From: Octopus vulgaris
Taxonomy: Eukaryota
Assembly: GCA_951406725.2 (NCBI GenBank)
Contig: OX597840.1
Span: 30,628,001 to 30,692,000 of the forward strand
DNA length: 64,000 nt
Direction of reading: 5' to 3'
The position numbers and the translations under genes were made by a program. The notes beneath the pieces were generated by a model. It searched no databases, was not told where the DNA came from, and saw only the letters and a list, made by a program, of their open reading frames with translations. Below, piece by piece: positions 38,268-51,050 of this stretch (positions within the stretch are counted from its first letter, which is position 1; every line of letters begins with the position of its first letter).

Positions 38268-38810
38268 TCAGTTTCTGTCTGCCAAATCCACTCACTTGAG
38301 GCCATAGTAGAAGACATAGCCCATGATACCATGCAGTGGGACTGAACCTGGAACCATGTGGTTAAGAAGCAAACTTCTTAGCACACAGACAGTGTACATA
38401 TATAAATCATCCATCCTTTTTCCATTGGTTCAATACCAATAGCCCCTTGGTCCCTGATACAAATAAGACCAGCACAAATAGCAATATGAGGATATTAAAA
38501 TGAATAACCATGACACATGATCCTTAGTACAGGTTAACGAGGGGCACATTAGGATTTTAAATAGAGAGGCCCTTTCAAAAAATATATTGCAGATTACACC
38601 TAATGCCGGTGCAACCAACAATAAGCTTGCAACATGTTCTACAATGCATTGGGTAGGAGCATAAAAGGTGTGTTTCCCAGGACCCCAAAATGGGTCCAGG
38701 AGGAAACAACCATCCTAAACGAAGCAACCATCAGTTGGGAATTGACAGCTGCTTTTGATAGGACTCTATAGAAGAAAGGCCTGAGGATTCTATATCCCTG
38801 TGGTCCTCAA
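37590..38810 (+). mobile_element. Cluster of heavily decayed RTE-like 3' fragments
   Basis: aggagacccagggggagactaaggacaagatcgttggataatata reads RRPRGRLRTRSLDNI (compare RRPRGRPRTRWxDxI) at about 37608 and recurs at about 38133. gacagctgctttt(a/g)atagg recurs at about 37964 and 38744. Confidence 0.5.
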
Positions 38811-38831
38811 GGAATAGTGAATGGAGATGGA

Positions 38832-38869
<38 letters not shown>

Positions 38870-41058
38870 GGGAAAGTTTACGAAAAAAACAAAAGACGAA
38901 GACAGATGGTGTACAAAACAAACAGATGTATTAGTATAATGCTCAGGAATAGAAAAAGTCTTTTACGTTTCAAGCCTACACTCTTCTATATATATACCAA
39001 GAAAGTTAGGGGTTGTGGATCCAACCCACTAAGGGATAATACTTATCCAATATACTGTTAGTATAATACACAAATTATTAATACACCAGTGTTTTTAATT
39101 GCAATGCAATAAACCTACTTATTGTATTAAATGGGTGAAGGTAAAGAAATATTTTACCATTAATTTATAATACAAATAAGAAAATGGAGAAACACATTAG
39201 TTGGTTTATCAACTTTCGGATATTAGAATGTTGACTTATTTATTTATTAAAACGACAACATACATACATATAGTATATTATTCAATGCATATAAGATAAT
39301 AATACAAGTAGTTGTTAAAAAAACATGAATATAAATTATTATATATATATATATATACAGAATAATGTCATCATCTTGGTTATGATAGCCTTGTGAGTGG
39401 ATTTAGTAGATGGAAACTGAAAGAAGCCCATTGTATGTGTGTGTGTTTGTTTGTTTACATATCACTTATGTCTATGAAAGTTTTGATGCAGAGGCAGTGT
39501 TGTTGTCAGTAAACTTATCCACAAATCACTTGTTCATTACATTCCTTTGATGCTGCATATAATAACATTAGGAAGAGCCTCCAACTGCAAAACAATACCT
39601 CAAAAACATATTCCCCTAACCCATGCTAACAAGGATTAAATGGACGTAAAAACATGTAAAAACCAAACAAACATTTGGTCTGGCCAATGCATGTCCACTC
39701 AGAATGAATCCTTTTTCAATCTGAAAACGAAATGCAATCAGTAGAGAAAGCTTGCCTGTCCTCTTGCTATTAGAATCTCGTTAATTATTTATTCAGGGAA
39801 AGCAATCACTAAGTACAAAGAGAGACCAAGCGATACTTAGTGTTTATCTCTTCTGCATACATTTCACAACTTAATGGGCCGACAGAGCCAGATGTAATGT
39901 TTGGTTTTGCAAAGCTGTTCAATTCGCTATTTATAGAGATCAATAGCATAACTGGATTGGCCAGTCCTCGGTGATCAATATCTATTAAATTGTGAACTGA
40001 TTACCCCCTCTTACATCGGTGTGTGTGTCATTATGCACTGATACAAAAGGAGACAAGACTACGGAATCAGAAGCACATCAGGTTAAATGCTTGGTGGCAG
40101 ATCTTCTAACACTTTATGCTCTGAGTTCAAATTCCAGCAGGGACAACTTTGCTTTTCATCGCTTGGGGGTCAAAAAAATAAATACAATTTCAGTACTGCA
40201 GTCGATGTAATCAACTAGCCCCCCCTCCTCTATATCATTATTATTATTATTATTATGTTTTTTCCTTCTTTCTTCAAATTTTCTTCCGTTTCTCGCCAAG
40301 TGTTTTCAGTACACCCAGGGCAGAGAAGCTCATTGTATGCATTCCCAGATTACACATGCAAATTCACAGGTAAAATATGTATTTAAAAAATAAAAAATAA
40401 ATAAATTCATCATCATCATCATCATCATCATCATTATCATCATCATTTTTCAATTCTGTTTCCATTTCTTGTTGAGTGTCTTCCTGATACCTAGGGCACA
40501 GAAACGTACTATTATACATTGGTTGGCCATTAAAGTAGACACACCAGATTGTTCATTTACAAAGTCATGTGACAGAGAAGGGGAAGAAAGACAGAGAGAA
40601 AAAGGAAAAAATTTTAAAAATGCAAAATAAAAAAAGTAAACAAAGAAAATAATGAGGGTGGGTGGGGAGAAAATTCACAGAGACAATGCATTTCTGAGTA
40701 CATGTGAAGGACCGGTCAAGACAACCTTTTGTACTTCCAGCATGGATGGTAAACCAGGGATCATCATTATCATCATCATCATCATCATAATCATCATTGT
40801 TGTCATTGTCATCATCATCATCATCACTATCATTCAACATGTGTTGTTCATGCTGGCATGGGTTGGATGGTTTGACCGGCACTGGCCAGCTGGACGGCTA
40901 CACCAGACTCCAGTCTGATTTGGCATGGTTTCTATGGCTGGATGCCCTTCTTAAATAATTTTCACTTCCTTTTTATTATTATTATTTTGTTGTTGTTGTT
41001 GTTATTATAATTATTATAATTATTATAATTATTATTATTATTATTATTACTATTATTA

Positions 41059-41312
41059 AAGCGGTGAGCTAGCAGAATCATTAGCTTGCTGGGTGAAATG
41101 TTTAGCAGTATTTTGCCCGTCGCTATGTTCTGAGTTCAAATCCTGCCAAGGTCAATTTTGCCTTTCATCCTTTTGGGGGCAATAAATCAAGTACCAGTTG
41201 AGTACTGGGGTTGATGCAATCGACTTAATCCCCTCCCCCAAATTTCAGGCCTTGCACCTATAGTAGACAGGCTTGTTATTATCATTGTTGTTGTTGTTGT
41301 TGTTGTTGTTAC

Positions 41313-41345
<33 letters not shown>

Positions 41346-41426
41346 GATTATTATTATTATTATTATTATTGTTATTATTGTTAATAATATTATTATTATT
41401 ATTATTATTGTTATTATTATTGTTAA

Positions 41427-41463
<37 letters not shown>

Positions 41464-41480
41464 GTTATTATTATTGTTAA

Positions 41481-41516
<36 letters not shown>

Positions 41517-41517
41517 G

Positions 41518-41580
<63 letters not shown>

Positions 41581-41800
41581 TTTAAGGTGGTGAGCTGGCA
41601 GAATCATTAGCATACTGGCAAAATGCTTAGTAGCATTTCATCTGTCTTATTGTGCTCTGAGTTCAAATTCTGCTCATTTCAACTTTGTCTTTCATACTCT
41701 CAAGGTCAATAAAATAAGAACCATTTGAGCCGGTGGGGTTGAATGTCATTGACTTACCCCTCCTCCAAAATTGCTGGCCTTGTGCCAAAATTTGAAAACA
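41059..41800 (+). mobile_element. Two older SINE A copies with the alternative tail, separated by a ~300-nt (ATT)n tract
   Basis: Heads gcggtgagctagcagaatcattagc (41061) and ggtggtgagctggcagaatcattagc (41586). Tails cccctcccccaaatttcaggccttg and cccctcctccaaaattgctggccttgtg. Confidence 0.82.
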
Positions 41801-41834
41801 TTATTATAATTTTTTTTATGTTTTCTTATTTCAG

Positions 41835-41947
41835 GAACCTTCATCCATGGACGACATACAAAGTACGTGTGGCTGCTATCACAAAAGAAGTCCTACAGGG
41901 ACAAGGACCTTTCAGCTTCGTGAAAACTATCAGGACCCTTGAAACTA
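41835..41947 (+). CDS. Internal coding exon (113 nt, phase 2 to phase 1), C-terminal part of the same FN3 domain
   Basis: Acceptor ttttcttatttcAG and donor A|GTAAGT. It reads G+NLHPWTTYKVRVAAITKEVLQGQGPFSFVKTIRTLET, the FN3 motif LxPxTxYxVxVxA...GxGPxS...rTxE. It ends in phase 1, as FN3 modules typically do. GG from the upstream exon plus G gives Gly. Confidence 0.93.
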
Positions 41948-41983
41948 GTAAGTGAAGGTTTTCTTTTTAGAATCTTGTACTAA

Positions 41984-42330
41984 TCTTAATATATAAAATC
42001 CTTTCTGTCTGTTTGTCTGTTTGTGCGCTTATAACTCAAGTGTTGTTCATCCGATCGCACTGAAATTTTAAACATGGATACATGAGAGAGCGGGACATTC
42101 CGAAATCTAAAAAGATTGTCAAAATTGTTAGTTTCAAAGTGAGAATCGCTATTTTTGTAATCTTTATGTCCTGTTTGTCTCACCATTAAAACAACCAGTT
42201 GCTCAGACAACCGGCACATATGATTTTGCTAGCAACAAGGGGAATGCAGGATGACAGACAGCCAAAACCATCGCTATGCTGTCTCTCTTCTCTCCTCTCT
42301 CTGTGGCATTAATAATCTTAATCTTTAGTT
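41984..42330 (+). mobile_element. Helitron-like 5' terminal region (right boundary uncertain)
   Basis: A|TCTTAATATATAAAATC followed by ctgtctgtttgtctgtttgt and catccgatcgcactgaaatttt, the same style of 5' end as at 19952, 30931 and 48913. Confidence 0.6.
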
Positions 42331-44400
42331 ACAGTTTCTCATTCAAACTACATAATAGGCAGAATTGTCGGAGTAAGACAGTAGGGTGTTTTGATAGAGA
42401 TTTGGCTGCTATTTCTACCAAGTCTAGCTACCATGTAGCGGTCTCCCTTTGGCTTATACATACATATATATATATTCATCTGAGTCGAAAGACGCCTGTT
42501 GTTATGTCCTGTTATTATTATTGTATTTTTGTATTTATATTCGTATTATTTTTTGTTTTTTTGTATTCATATTTGTGTAACATCGTTTGTTTTTTCTGTC
42601 CTTGTTTCGTATACATTCGATCCTTTTTCCAAGGAATCTGATGCTCTTAGCTTAGTTTTTCCTTGGGGCTGGCCAGATTGGAGCAATCTCAAGATTAATC
42701 AGCTGAAATTGCAAGGATGATCCTGTTCTTGACTGAAGATTAAAGGCTTCAAATGACCCATCCGTGTTTTTTGTATCATCTATTTGGATGCTTTGCATTC
42801 TTGTCTCATTTTGTACTATATATATATATAAGTTCAGCAAAACAATTTAGATTCAAATGAATATGGTACTTAATTTAGATGCACCAGAATTTTTTATGGT
42901 ATTACCCATAAAATTATGTGGGGTGATTATAACCAAAAAATAAGCAACAAGAATGGATCCGGTAATTTAGTACAATTGTTTCATACTATAACAGTTTATT
43001 AAAGCTGCAAATATTACAGCAAATATAATATGTCAAGTAATCTTCAGCTAATTTCATTAGCTTTACATTATTGGAAAACCTATATGAAATTAGCTGAAGA
43101 TTACTTGACATATTATATTTGCTGTAATATTTGCAGCTTTAATAAATTGTTATAGTATGAAACAATTGCACTAAATTACCGGATCCATTTTTCTGCCTTA
43201 TTTTTTGGTTATATATATATATATATAATATGAATAAAATACTTAAAGCACAGGTGTCAAATACAAAAGCGAAGGTTCATACAGTGCCATGGGCCAAAAT
43301 AATTTCCATCTTCTTGCCTAATGTGAGCCCCGAGCAGTCTATCTCTTACACTATTTCAGTATTACGTCTGTATTGTTATGTGAGATACTGTCCTATATAT
43401 TATATATTCCTTATGCATTCCAAAACCAAGTTGCAGATTTTGGTATATTGGATATCAAAAGATTCAGGACTATTTTGGCTAATTTCCATTCACATATTTG
43501 CATTTCAAAAATTAAACAATCTTTTCCATAAATCAACTATTGCAAAAATTTTACATGATGACATCACATTTTCTATATGTGTGTGTACCCTAAAAGACAT
43601 CAATCATCATGACACACACCTTCACTCACTCACTCTGTCTCTCTTTCTCTCCCTCTTTCTCTCTCATATACACACATGCAAACACACATACACGCACACA
43701 CACGCACGTCCATTTCATATAGACGTACATACAACTTTCACTTTCTTTCTCTGTTCTTTTTGCTTTCTCTTCTTTCAATTTCTGCTCTCTTCAAATAAAA
43801 TTTTTATGGATACAACTGCTTACAAAAATAGGGATTAATGTATAATTTATTTCTATGTTCATAATTTTTTGTTTACAATATTGGGAAAAATATGCCACCA
43901 AAGAAAGGTTAGTAACGTCCTCATAAAAGTTTCCATAACATATTTTTAAAAGATTTTATTTTTTGAATTACCTTTTTACTTCAAAGACTGCATTAAGCAA
44001 TTTTCATAGACTTTCAAATATATATACATATATATATATATACATATATATATAGATATATAATCATATCGAAGGGAAATGGAAATTGATAGAAATTTTC
44101 ATTTCCAGTGGCCTAACGTGTAAAAATTTAGTCCAAAAGACTATGTATTATTCATAAAGTACAGTGTATATTTAAACACATAAGGAATCTCTCCAGTAAC
44201 AAGTATAAAGCAAGGAGGATTGTAGAAAACCGAAGGCGAGAGCCTGAAGAGAGAAGCTAGATGAGATTTTCTCAAGATCAGTAAATGCATGTTGCAGCAC
44301 TTAATTCTGGATAATTAAATCAATGTTTTAATGATTAGACAGGTCCAATAGAATAGCTCTAAGAAACAGACTGTGTACAAATTCTTTCTTCATAACTCCT

Positions 44401-44832
44401 GAAGCTGTTTTCAGATATGATCCATCCCATTCTTATAAAAATAATAACTCTGTCGAAATTGGTATGCTAAACACAAATTGTTTTTTTTCTGTAAGGCTTT
44501 AAAATTTTCGAATGAAACAAAAGGTATGTGCTGCTCAGACGATCAGGTAACTTTGCCAGCACTACCAGCTCCTTCTGAACCTCTTATGGGTCTTCTAGAA
44601 GGCATTTCCATCCAGTCAAAGGATTTTCTGAACAATATCAGACAATACAACTTTGCAAATGACATCATTTGGTGCATCAAAGAAGATAGATAAATGTGAA
44701 TTTACGCCAGTATCAAAGTTCAAGGGCAAGTCTATCACCTCATTGGTTCCCTGTTACCCACAAATGAACAACCACAGTTCCTCCAAATTTACTTTATGAG
44801 TGATGTAGGACAACAAACCCGAAACAGGTGTT
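44401..44832 (+). pseudogene. Helitron Rep/helicase N-terminal region, decayed
   Basis: Reads AVFRYDPS.SY...VEIGMLNTNC, CKALKFSNETKGMCC..QVTLP..P.EPL..LLEG...SKDFLNNIRQYN, MTSFGA, KVQGQVYHLIGSLLP..PQFLQIYF across frameshifts. These are motifs of the RepHel N-terminus. Confidence 0.85.
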
Positions 44833-45111
44833 AAAATTTCAGATGATGGGTTGTGTTAGACACAGCACCAACTGCTGCAAAAGAGAGTATATCAACTGAC
44901 AGCTTCTCGGTGCGTTCAAAGATCACAGGTTAGGGCCTGAAATACTCCACCATCATCGTTATTACCATCACCATCATCAGAAGCAATAGAGCCATTGTCA
45001 TCTTAATTATCATCATCATTACCACCACCACCACCATCATCATTATCATCATCATCATCAGAAATAATAACACCACTACAAACTCCACCACTGCTAAAGC
45101 CCTCACTATCA

Positions 45112-45715
45112 TCATGCCACCACCACCACTACCCATACCACCACCACTACCCATGCTACCACCACTACCCATACCACCACCACTACCCATGCCTCCACCA
45201 CAACCCATGCCACCACCACTACCCATACCACCACCACTACCCATGCCACCACCACTACCCTCACCACAACCACTACCCATACCACCACCACTACCCATGC
45301 CACCACCACTACCCATGCTACCACCACTACCCTCACCACAACCACTACCCTCGCTACCACCACTACCCATGCCATGACCACTACCCTCGCCACCACAACT
45401 ACCCATGCCACCACCACTACCCTTGCCACAACCACTACCCATGCCACCACCACTACGCTTGCCACCACCACTACCCTCACCACCACCACTACCCATGCCA
45501 CAACCATTACCCTTACCACAACCACTACCCTCGCCACCACGACTACCTATGCCACCATCACTACACTTGCCACCACCACCACTACCCTTGCCACCAATGC
45601 TACCTTCACCACCAAGACTACCTTCGCTACCACCACTCCCCTCACTCCCATGAATACCCTCACCACCACCACTACCCTCGCCACCACCACTACCCATGCC
45701 ACCATCCACCATCAT
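45112..45715. repeat. 18-nt minisatellite (ccaccaccactacccatg variants)
   Basis: About 33 degenerate units; source of the GMGSGG and PPPLPM pseudo-ORFs. Confidence 0.9.
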
Positions 45716-46441
45716 CAGAAGCCGTAACCCGAATGGTACGGACAACACATAACTGTAAACCATTTGCAGCGCCACTAATTTTACGCCAATCTCACAAAAA
45801 AAACAGAATTTCCTAGAATCCTTATTAGAAGAATTAGTAAACCAAAAAGGAAACACCACGAACTAACGAACAGCCTCGTTATTATAACTTAATTGAATAA
45901 TTATTGCAAATTATTGATTAATTAAAACAAAGAAGCCAGATTTATTTAAGAGTTCAACGAGATAATAGGTTTCATTCGAATATTTTTGGTATTATTGAGA
46001 GCGAAAGTAGAATAGAATTTATTGGGTCTCTTTTGAGGTTTTGGAGTTTCTTTCTTCCAGGAATTATCGCTAAACTATAAATATAATACGGTGGGAGTTT
46101 GTTCCTTGTTCTTAAAGTTTCCGTTTAATTAATGTATATTCGTGTGTGTGTAGGTGTGCATGCGCACACGTGTGTGTACATGTGTGTATGTGCATATGTA
46201 TATGTGTTTCGCTGTGTATATGTATATATGAATGTATATGTGTGTGTGTGTATGTGCGTGCATATAAATATATATGTATATTGTGTGTGTATATATATGT
46301 AAATGTGTGTGTGTGTAAATATATATATATATGCATGTATTTGTATGTACATATATACACAAAGACACGCATATATATATCATTGTATATGTATGTTTAT
46401 ATATACATGTATATATTTATATGTGTGTGTAAATATGTGTG

Positions 46442-46488
<47 letters not shown>

Positions 46489-46511
46489 ATGTGTTTGTGT
46501 GTGTGTATGTG

Positions 46512-46542
<31 letters not shown>

Positions 46543-46891
46543 GTATGCGCGTGCACGCACACATATATCAGTGTATATGTATGTTTATATATGCATATAT
46601 ATATCTATATATATATGTGTGCATATATATATTTTCAATGATTCAATGCTTTCCTTTGTTATGATAAACAAAGAAACAAGCCTGAAACACATTCCATATG
46701 GAAAACAATAATATGTACAGTGATAACCAAGAGGTTCCTGGTTCTAATTCAGCATCTTCTACTGTAGCTTTGGGTCTAATTTTAACAAGTGAAATATGGA
46801 AACTGTATGGAATTCTGCTTTCTGTGTATGTTTGTGAGATCAACTGAAGTCTTGTAGATGAATTTTATATATGGAAACTGCAAGAAGCCCT

Positions 46892-46934
<43 letters not shown>

Positions 46935-47327
46935 GTGAAATAGAAAGATGAATAATCTTGTAGCAGATTAATCAAAAATTTAACCGATACCTTGGTAGCA
47001 AAAATCACAGCAGAAGACAGCACGGTTGGAGGTACAACCATATGGTGTTGCAACCGTGTGTTGGTGCAGATAATTGAAATTGAAGATGGAACAGAAATAA
47101 ATCCGTTGGAAAAAACAAAAACATGCAGCACGGATTTTTGTCAGTGAACAGGTCGCGGTCTTATAGTGACGAAAATATTTTGACAAATTAAACTTAAATG
47201 TTGAAGTGAATCGAACGGCTTTTGTGTGTTTCTTAAATGGCTTACAAACACCTTCCACGCTGCAATTGTTTTTGTTTCAGCACACGATCTCAGATCAAAT
47301 CACTTGCTATGCAAGTACATCTCCGTA

Positions 47328-47371
<44 letters not shown>

Positions 47372-47567
47372 CACGGATTTTTGTCAATGAAGAGGTCGCG
47401 GTCTTAAAGCGACGAAAATATTTTGACAAATTAAACTTAAATGTTGAAGTGAATCGAACGGCTTTTGTGTGTTTCTTAAATGGCTTACAAACACCTTCCA
47501 CGCTGCAATTGTTTTTGTTTCAGCACACAATCTCAGATCAAATCACTTGCTATGCGAGTACATCTCC

Positions 47568-47611
<44 letters not shown>

Positions 47612-48483
47612 TAAAACTTACTTGGAAAAGGGTGCGTGGTGTTCGATCATATAATAATATAAATAATATATAAATATATGTATATATGCACACATATATG
47701 TACATACCTACATCTATATGTATATATACATGCATATATGTGTACAGGACATAAAAAAAACGTTGAACACAATGAGAAATGAAAACATAAAAGCAAAAAC
47801 ATGGAAACGAACTTTTTTATCAAACAACGAAAAAATAGAGTACAAGACATACAACACAAGGAACATTCCCCTTCTTCAGTTGCCCCTGTTTCGTCTACTC
47901 CGCGTTTCAATATATATATATATATATATATATATAGTAGTATATAATTAAAAGGGCAGGCAACAGGTTGCTCTGCCGCATACCAAAAGAATTAGAAATA
48001 GCAGTCAGAGACTGTTTATTTCTATTTTCTACAAGTGGAGGCTCCATATACGACACAACCCTGTGATTCACATACGCAAAACCGGAGTAGTAAATAAACA
48101 AAAACAATCTCTTACCGTTAATGGTGAACATGTTTCTAGATCGTAGGCGAGAAATTGCCTAATTTCTTTGAGAGAGGGACAGACAGACAGAATGTTAGTT
48201 ATGGCCTGTTCATAGGGTTGCATAGCGTTTCATGTCCAAAAGGCACTTCTATAACTTAGAGTGTGCTTCTCTTTTAGATTTATGATTTAATGCTGTGTGT
48301 GTGTGCATATGTGTGTAATGAAAACACTCACACCCTAGTAAAAACTTCTTCTCAAGAAAGGTTAGTAACATCGTCGTAAAAGTTTCCATATCATATTTTT
48401 AAAAGATTTTATTTTTTTGAATTACCTTTATACTTCAAAGACTGCATTAAGCAATTTTCATAGACTTTCAAATATATATGTAC

Positions 48484-48531
<48 letters not shown>

Positions 48532-48912
48532 ATAAATAAAAAATCATATTGAAGGGAAAGGGAAATTAATAGAAAATTACATTTCCAGTGGCCTAGCTTG
48601 TAAAAAATTTAGACCAAAGACTATGTATTATTCATAAAGTACAGTGTACTTTTAAAAACATAAGGAATCCACTCGTGGGATTCAACATGTTAGAAAGAAC
48701 AGCTAGGTTCTATAACCACAAAATTATTTGCTAAACTAAAATCAGAAACCAATTGGTCCAGGAAACTAGATGGTAAAAAGTTTTTATTTTTTCATTACGT
48801 TCCTGTTGAATTTTATCCTTAATTTTGTGGTTATAGAACCTAGCTGTTATTTCTAGCATGTTGAATCCGACGAGTGTTTATGTGTTTAAATGTACACTGT
48901 ATTTTATCAATA

Positions 48913-49499
48913 TCTATAATACTGAAATGCAAAAAGTTTCTTTGTTTGGTTTTGGCATTGGAACAGGTTAAAGGCCATTAGATCCCATCGGATTGACTCC
49001 AAAATTTACAGGGACATGTAAAATGAGGTGAGGATGCGAGTGAGCTAGGTTAAAAGGTGTGGTTACTAGGGTGAAAAACGCGCACTTTGACAAGTCTCCT
49101 CTCATTCTTTTATGTATTTGTCTTCCTCCGTTTCTCTCTCTTTCCTCCCTTCCCTTCACTTTCTCTCTATGACGTCATTTCACAGCGTCCTATATCTTCC
49201 CCCGCCGCATTCGACAGCACTTTCACACTCTATCTCTCTACGTCTGTCTGCATTCATAGAGAGAATTAACATCACCACCATCACCACACAATCATGAGAA
49301 CAAATATTATGAATCAGATATTTATTGGGTTAATTTATATATGTGTGTGTGTGTTCTATATATAAATATGTATATATAATGTATATATACAAAGTGTATA
49401 TATCTGTATTTATATATATATATATATATATAATTTGTATACATTTATATATATATACCACACTCTTACCCGCGTGTAGAGCGGGTCACTTTAAGCTAG
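48913..49499 (+). mobile_element. Non-autonomous Helitron (587 nt), different family
   Basis: 5' A|TCTATAATACTGAAATG, hairpin acccgc-gtgtaga-gcgggt (49468-49486), 3' CTAG|T. Confidence 0.78.
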
Positions 49500-49908
49500 T
49501 ATATATATATATATATATATATGGACTAGGGTTGATTTGGTTGTAGTCCAATGACTAAACGCTGTACAGAATAAAAAGTGGAATATAAATAATGATTTTG
49601 TGTGTCAGCCGATGATGATCGTTATTAGAAACAGTAATATTTATTTCAACAAAAAATTAAATTCAGCACAAAAGAAATGATTTTGACAATAATAAAGATT
49701 ACGTATTTTGATTTTCATTTCCTTTTCTTTTTTTTTTGTTTGTGATTTTTCTCTGTTTTTGAATTCTCAAGCATCAAAAAATATTCCGACAGTACCAAAA
49801 ATGATCATCTAACGATTGACATTAACATCAAATAACTGATCCGTACTTACTTCTGTGCTATTTCTACCTCCATCTATACATACATACATACATACATACA
49901 TACATACA

Positions 49909-50000
<92 letters not shown>

Positions 50001-50003
<3 letters not shown>

Positions 50004-50288
50004 GAGGCGCAATGGCCCAGTGGTTAGGGAAGTGGACTCGCAGTCGCAGGATCGCGGTTTCAATTCCCAGACCGGGTGTTGTGTGTGTTTATTGAGCGAA
50101 AACACCTAAAACCTCCACAAGACTCAGGCAGGGGGTGGTGATCCCTGCTGTACTCTTTCTCGCACTCTTTCTTCTGTTCGCCTGCTCACTTAGTCAGCGG
50201 GGTGGCGTCATTCCAAGGCTAAAACAATGCAAACGCATTGTGACCAGCGATGTGTAGCAATATCTGATAGCCTGGTCGGTCACGTGAT

Positions 50289-50295
<7 letters not shown>
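50001..50295 (+). mobile_element. tRNA-derived SINE (family D head, different tail) inserted in (TA)n
   Basis: gtggaggcgcaatggcccagtggttag (box A) and ggtttcaattcc (box B). The tail gctaaaacaatgcaaacgcattgtgaccagcgatgtgtagc resembles 4600-4650. Confidence 0.8.
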
Positions 50296-50331
<36 letters not shown>

Positions 50332-50421
50332 GGTATTAATAATAATAATAACATCAGGGAATATTATTCCAAACTTACAGGGAAAAATTCAATTTAGAAA
50401 TACTAAATCAAATTTCACACA

Positions 50422-50464
<43 letters not shown>

Positions 50465-51007
50465 TAGAAAACAACACCTTTTATCAATTCAATAAGGAAA
50501 AATTAAATTATACCATTTAGAAAAATTACATATTATAGAAAAATTAGATATAAGATAAGACATATAACGATGATTAAGTAATGTTCAAAATAATAAATAA
50601 AATGTATATATTTGGTAGAATAACAATCTAACATCGTTATGTGTTTTATCTTATACTTAATCATTCTATAATATGTAATTTTTCTAAATGGTATTATTTA
50701 ATTTAATTTTTCATTATTGAATTGATAAAAGGTGTTTTTTTCTAATTTATATATATATATCATCATCATCGTTTAGCGTCCGTTTTCCGTGCTAGCACGG
50801 GTTGGACAGTTCGACTGGGGTCTGGGAAGCCAGGGGCTGCACCAGGCTCCAGTCTGATCTGGTAGTGTTGCTACAGGTGGATGCCCTTCCTAATGCCAAC
50901 CACTCCTGCTTCGTCTACTCTGTGTTTCGGAGGTAAGGGCAAGACACGACTTCGTTGAAACAGTCCTTCCCGCAAAGGAAACTAAATAAAATTTGGGATT
51001 TTATTTT

Positions 51008-51050
<43 letters not shown>

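Noticed and set aside
38955-38990. Hammerhead-like half motif on the - strand (gagtgtaggctt-GAAAC-GT), and CTGAAGA near 47875
   Set aside because: The CTGANGA core is missing in the first and GAAA is missing after stem II in the second, so both are too incomplete to call.
39765-40016. Possible LTR (- strand TGTAAG start, CCAAT, TATAAATA, AATAAA)
   Set aside because: I could not find a matching second terminus with a TSD or a clear primer-binding site.
44930-45859. 309-aa Gly-rich (GMGSGG)n ORF resembling a structural protein
   Set aside because: It is explained by an 18-nt repeat derived from the local CCA microsatellite and is flanked by poly-M/V repeat translation. Expression cannot be excluded without RNA data.
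41984-49499. A single 7.5-kb Helitron from TC at 41984 to CTAG at 49499
   Set aside because: The 3' end has its own nearer 5' terminus at 48913, so a separate 587-nt element is simpler. A composite element is not excluded.
50001-50075. tRNA-like sequences (also the heads of families A, B and D)
   Set aside because: They have Pol III boxes but no clean cloverleaf, and they continue into SINE bodies, often with TSDs.
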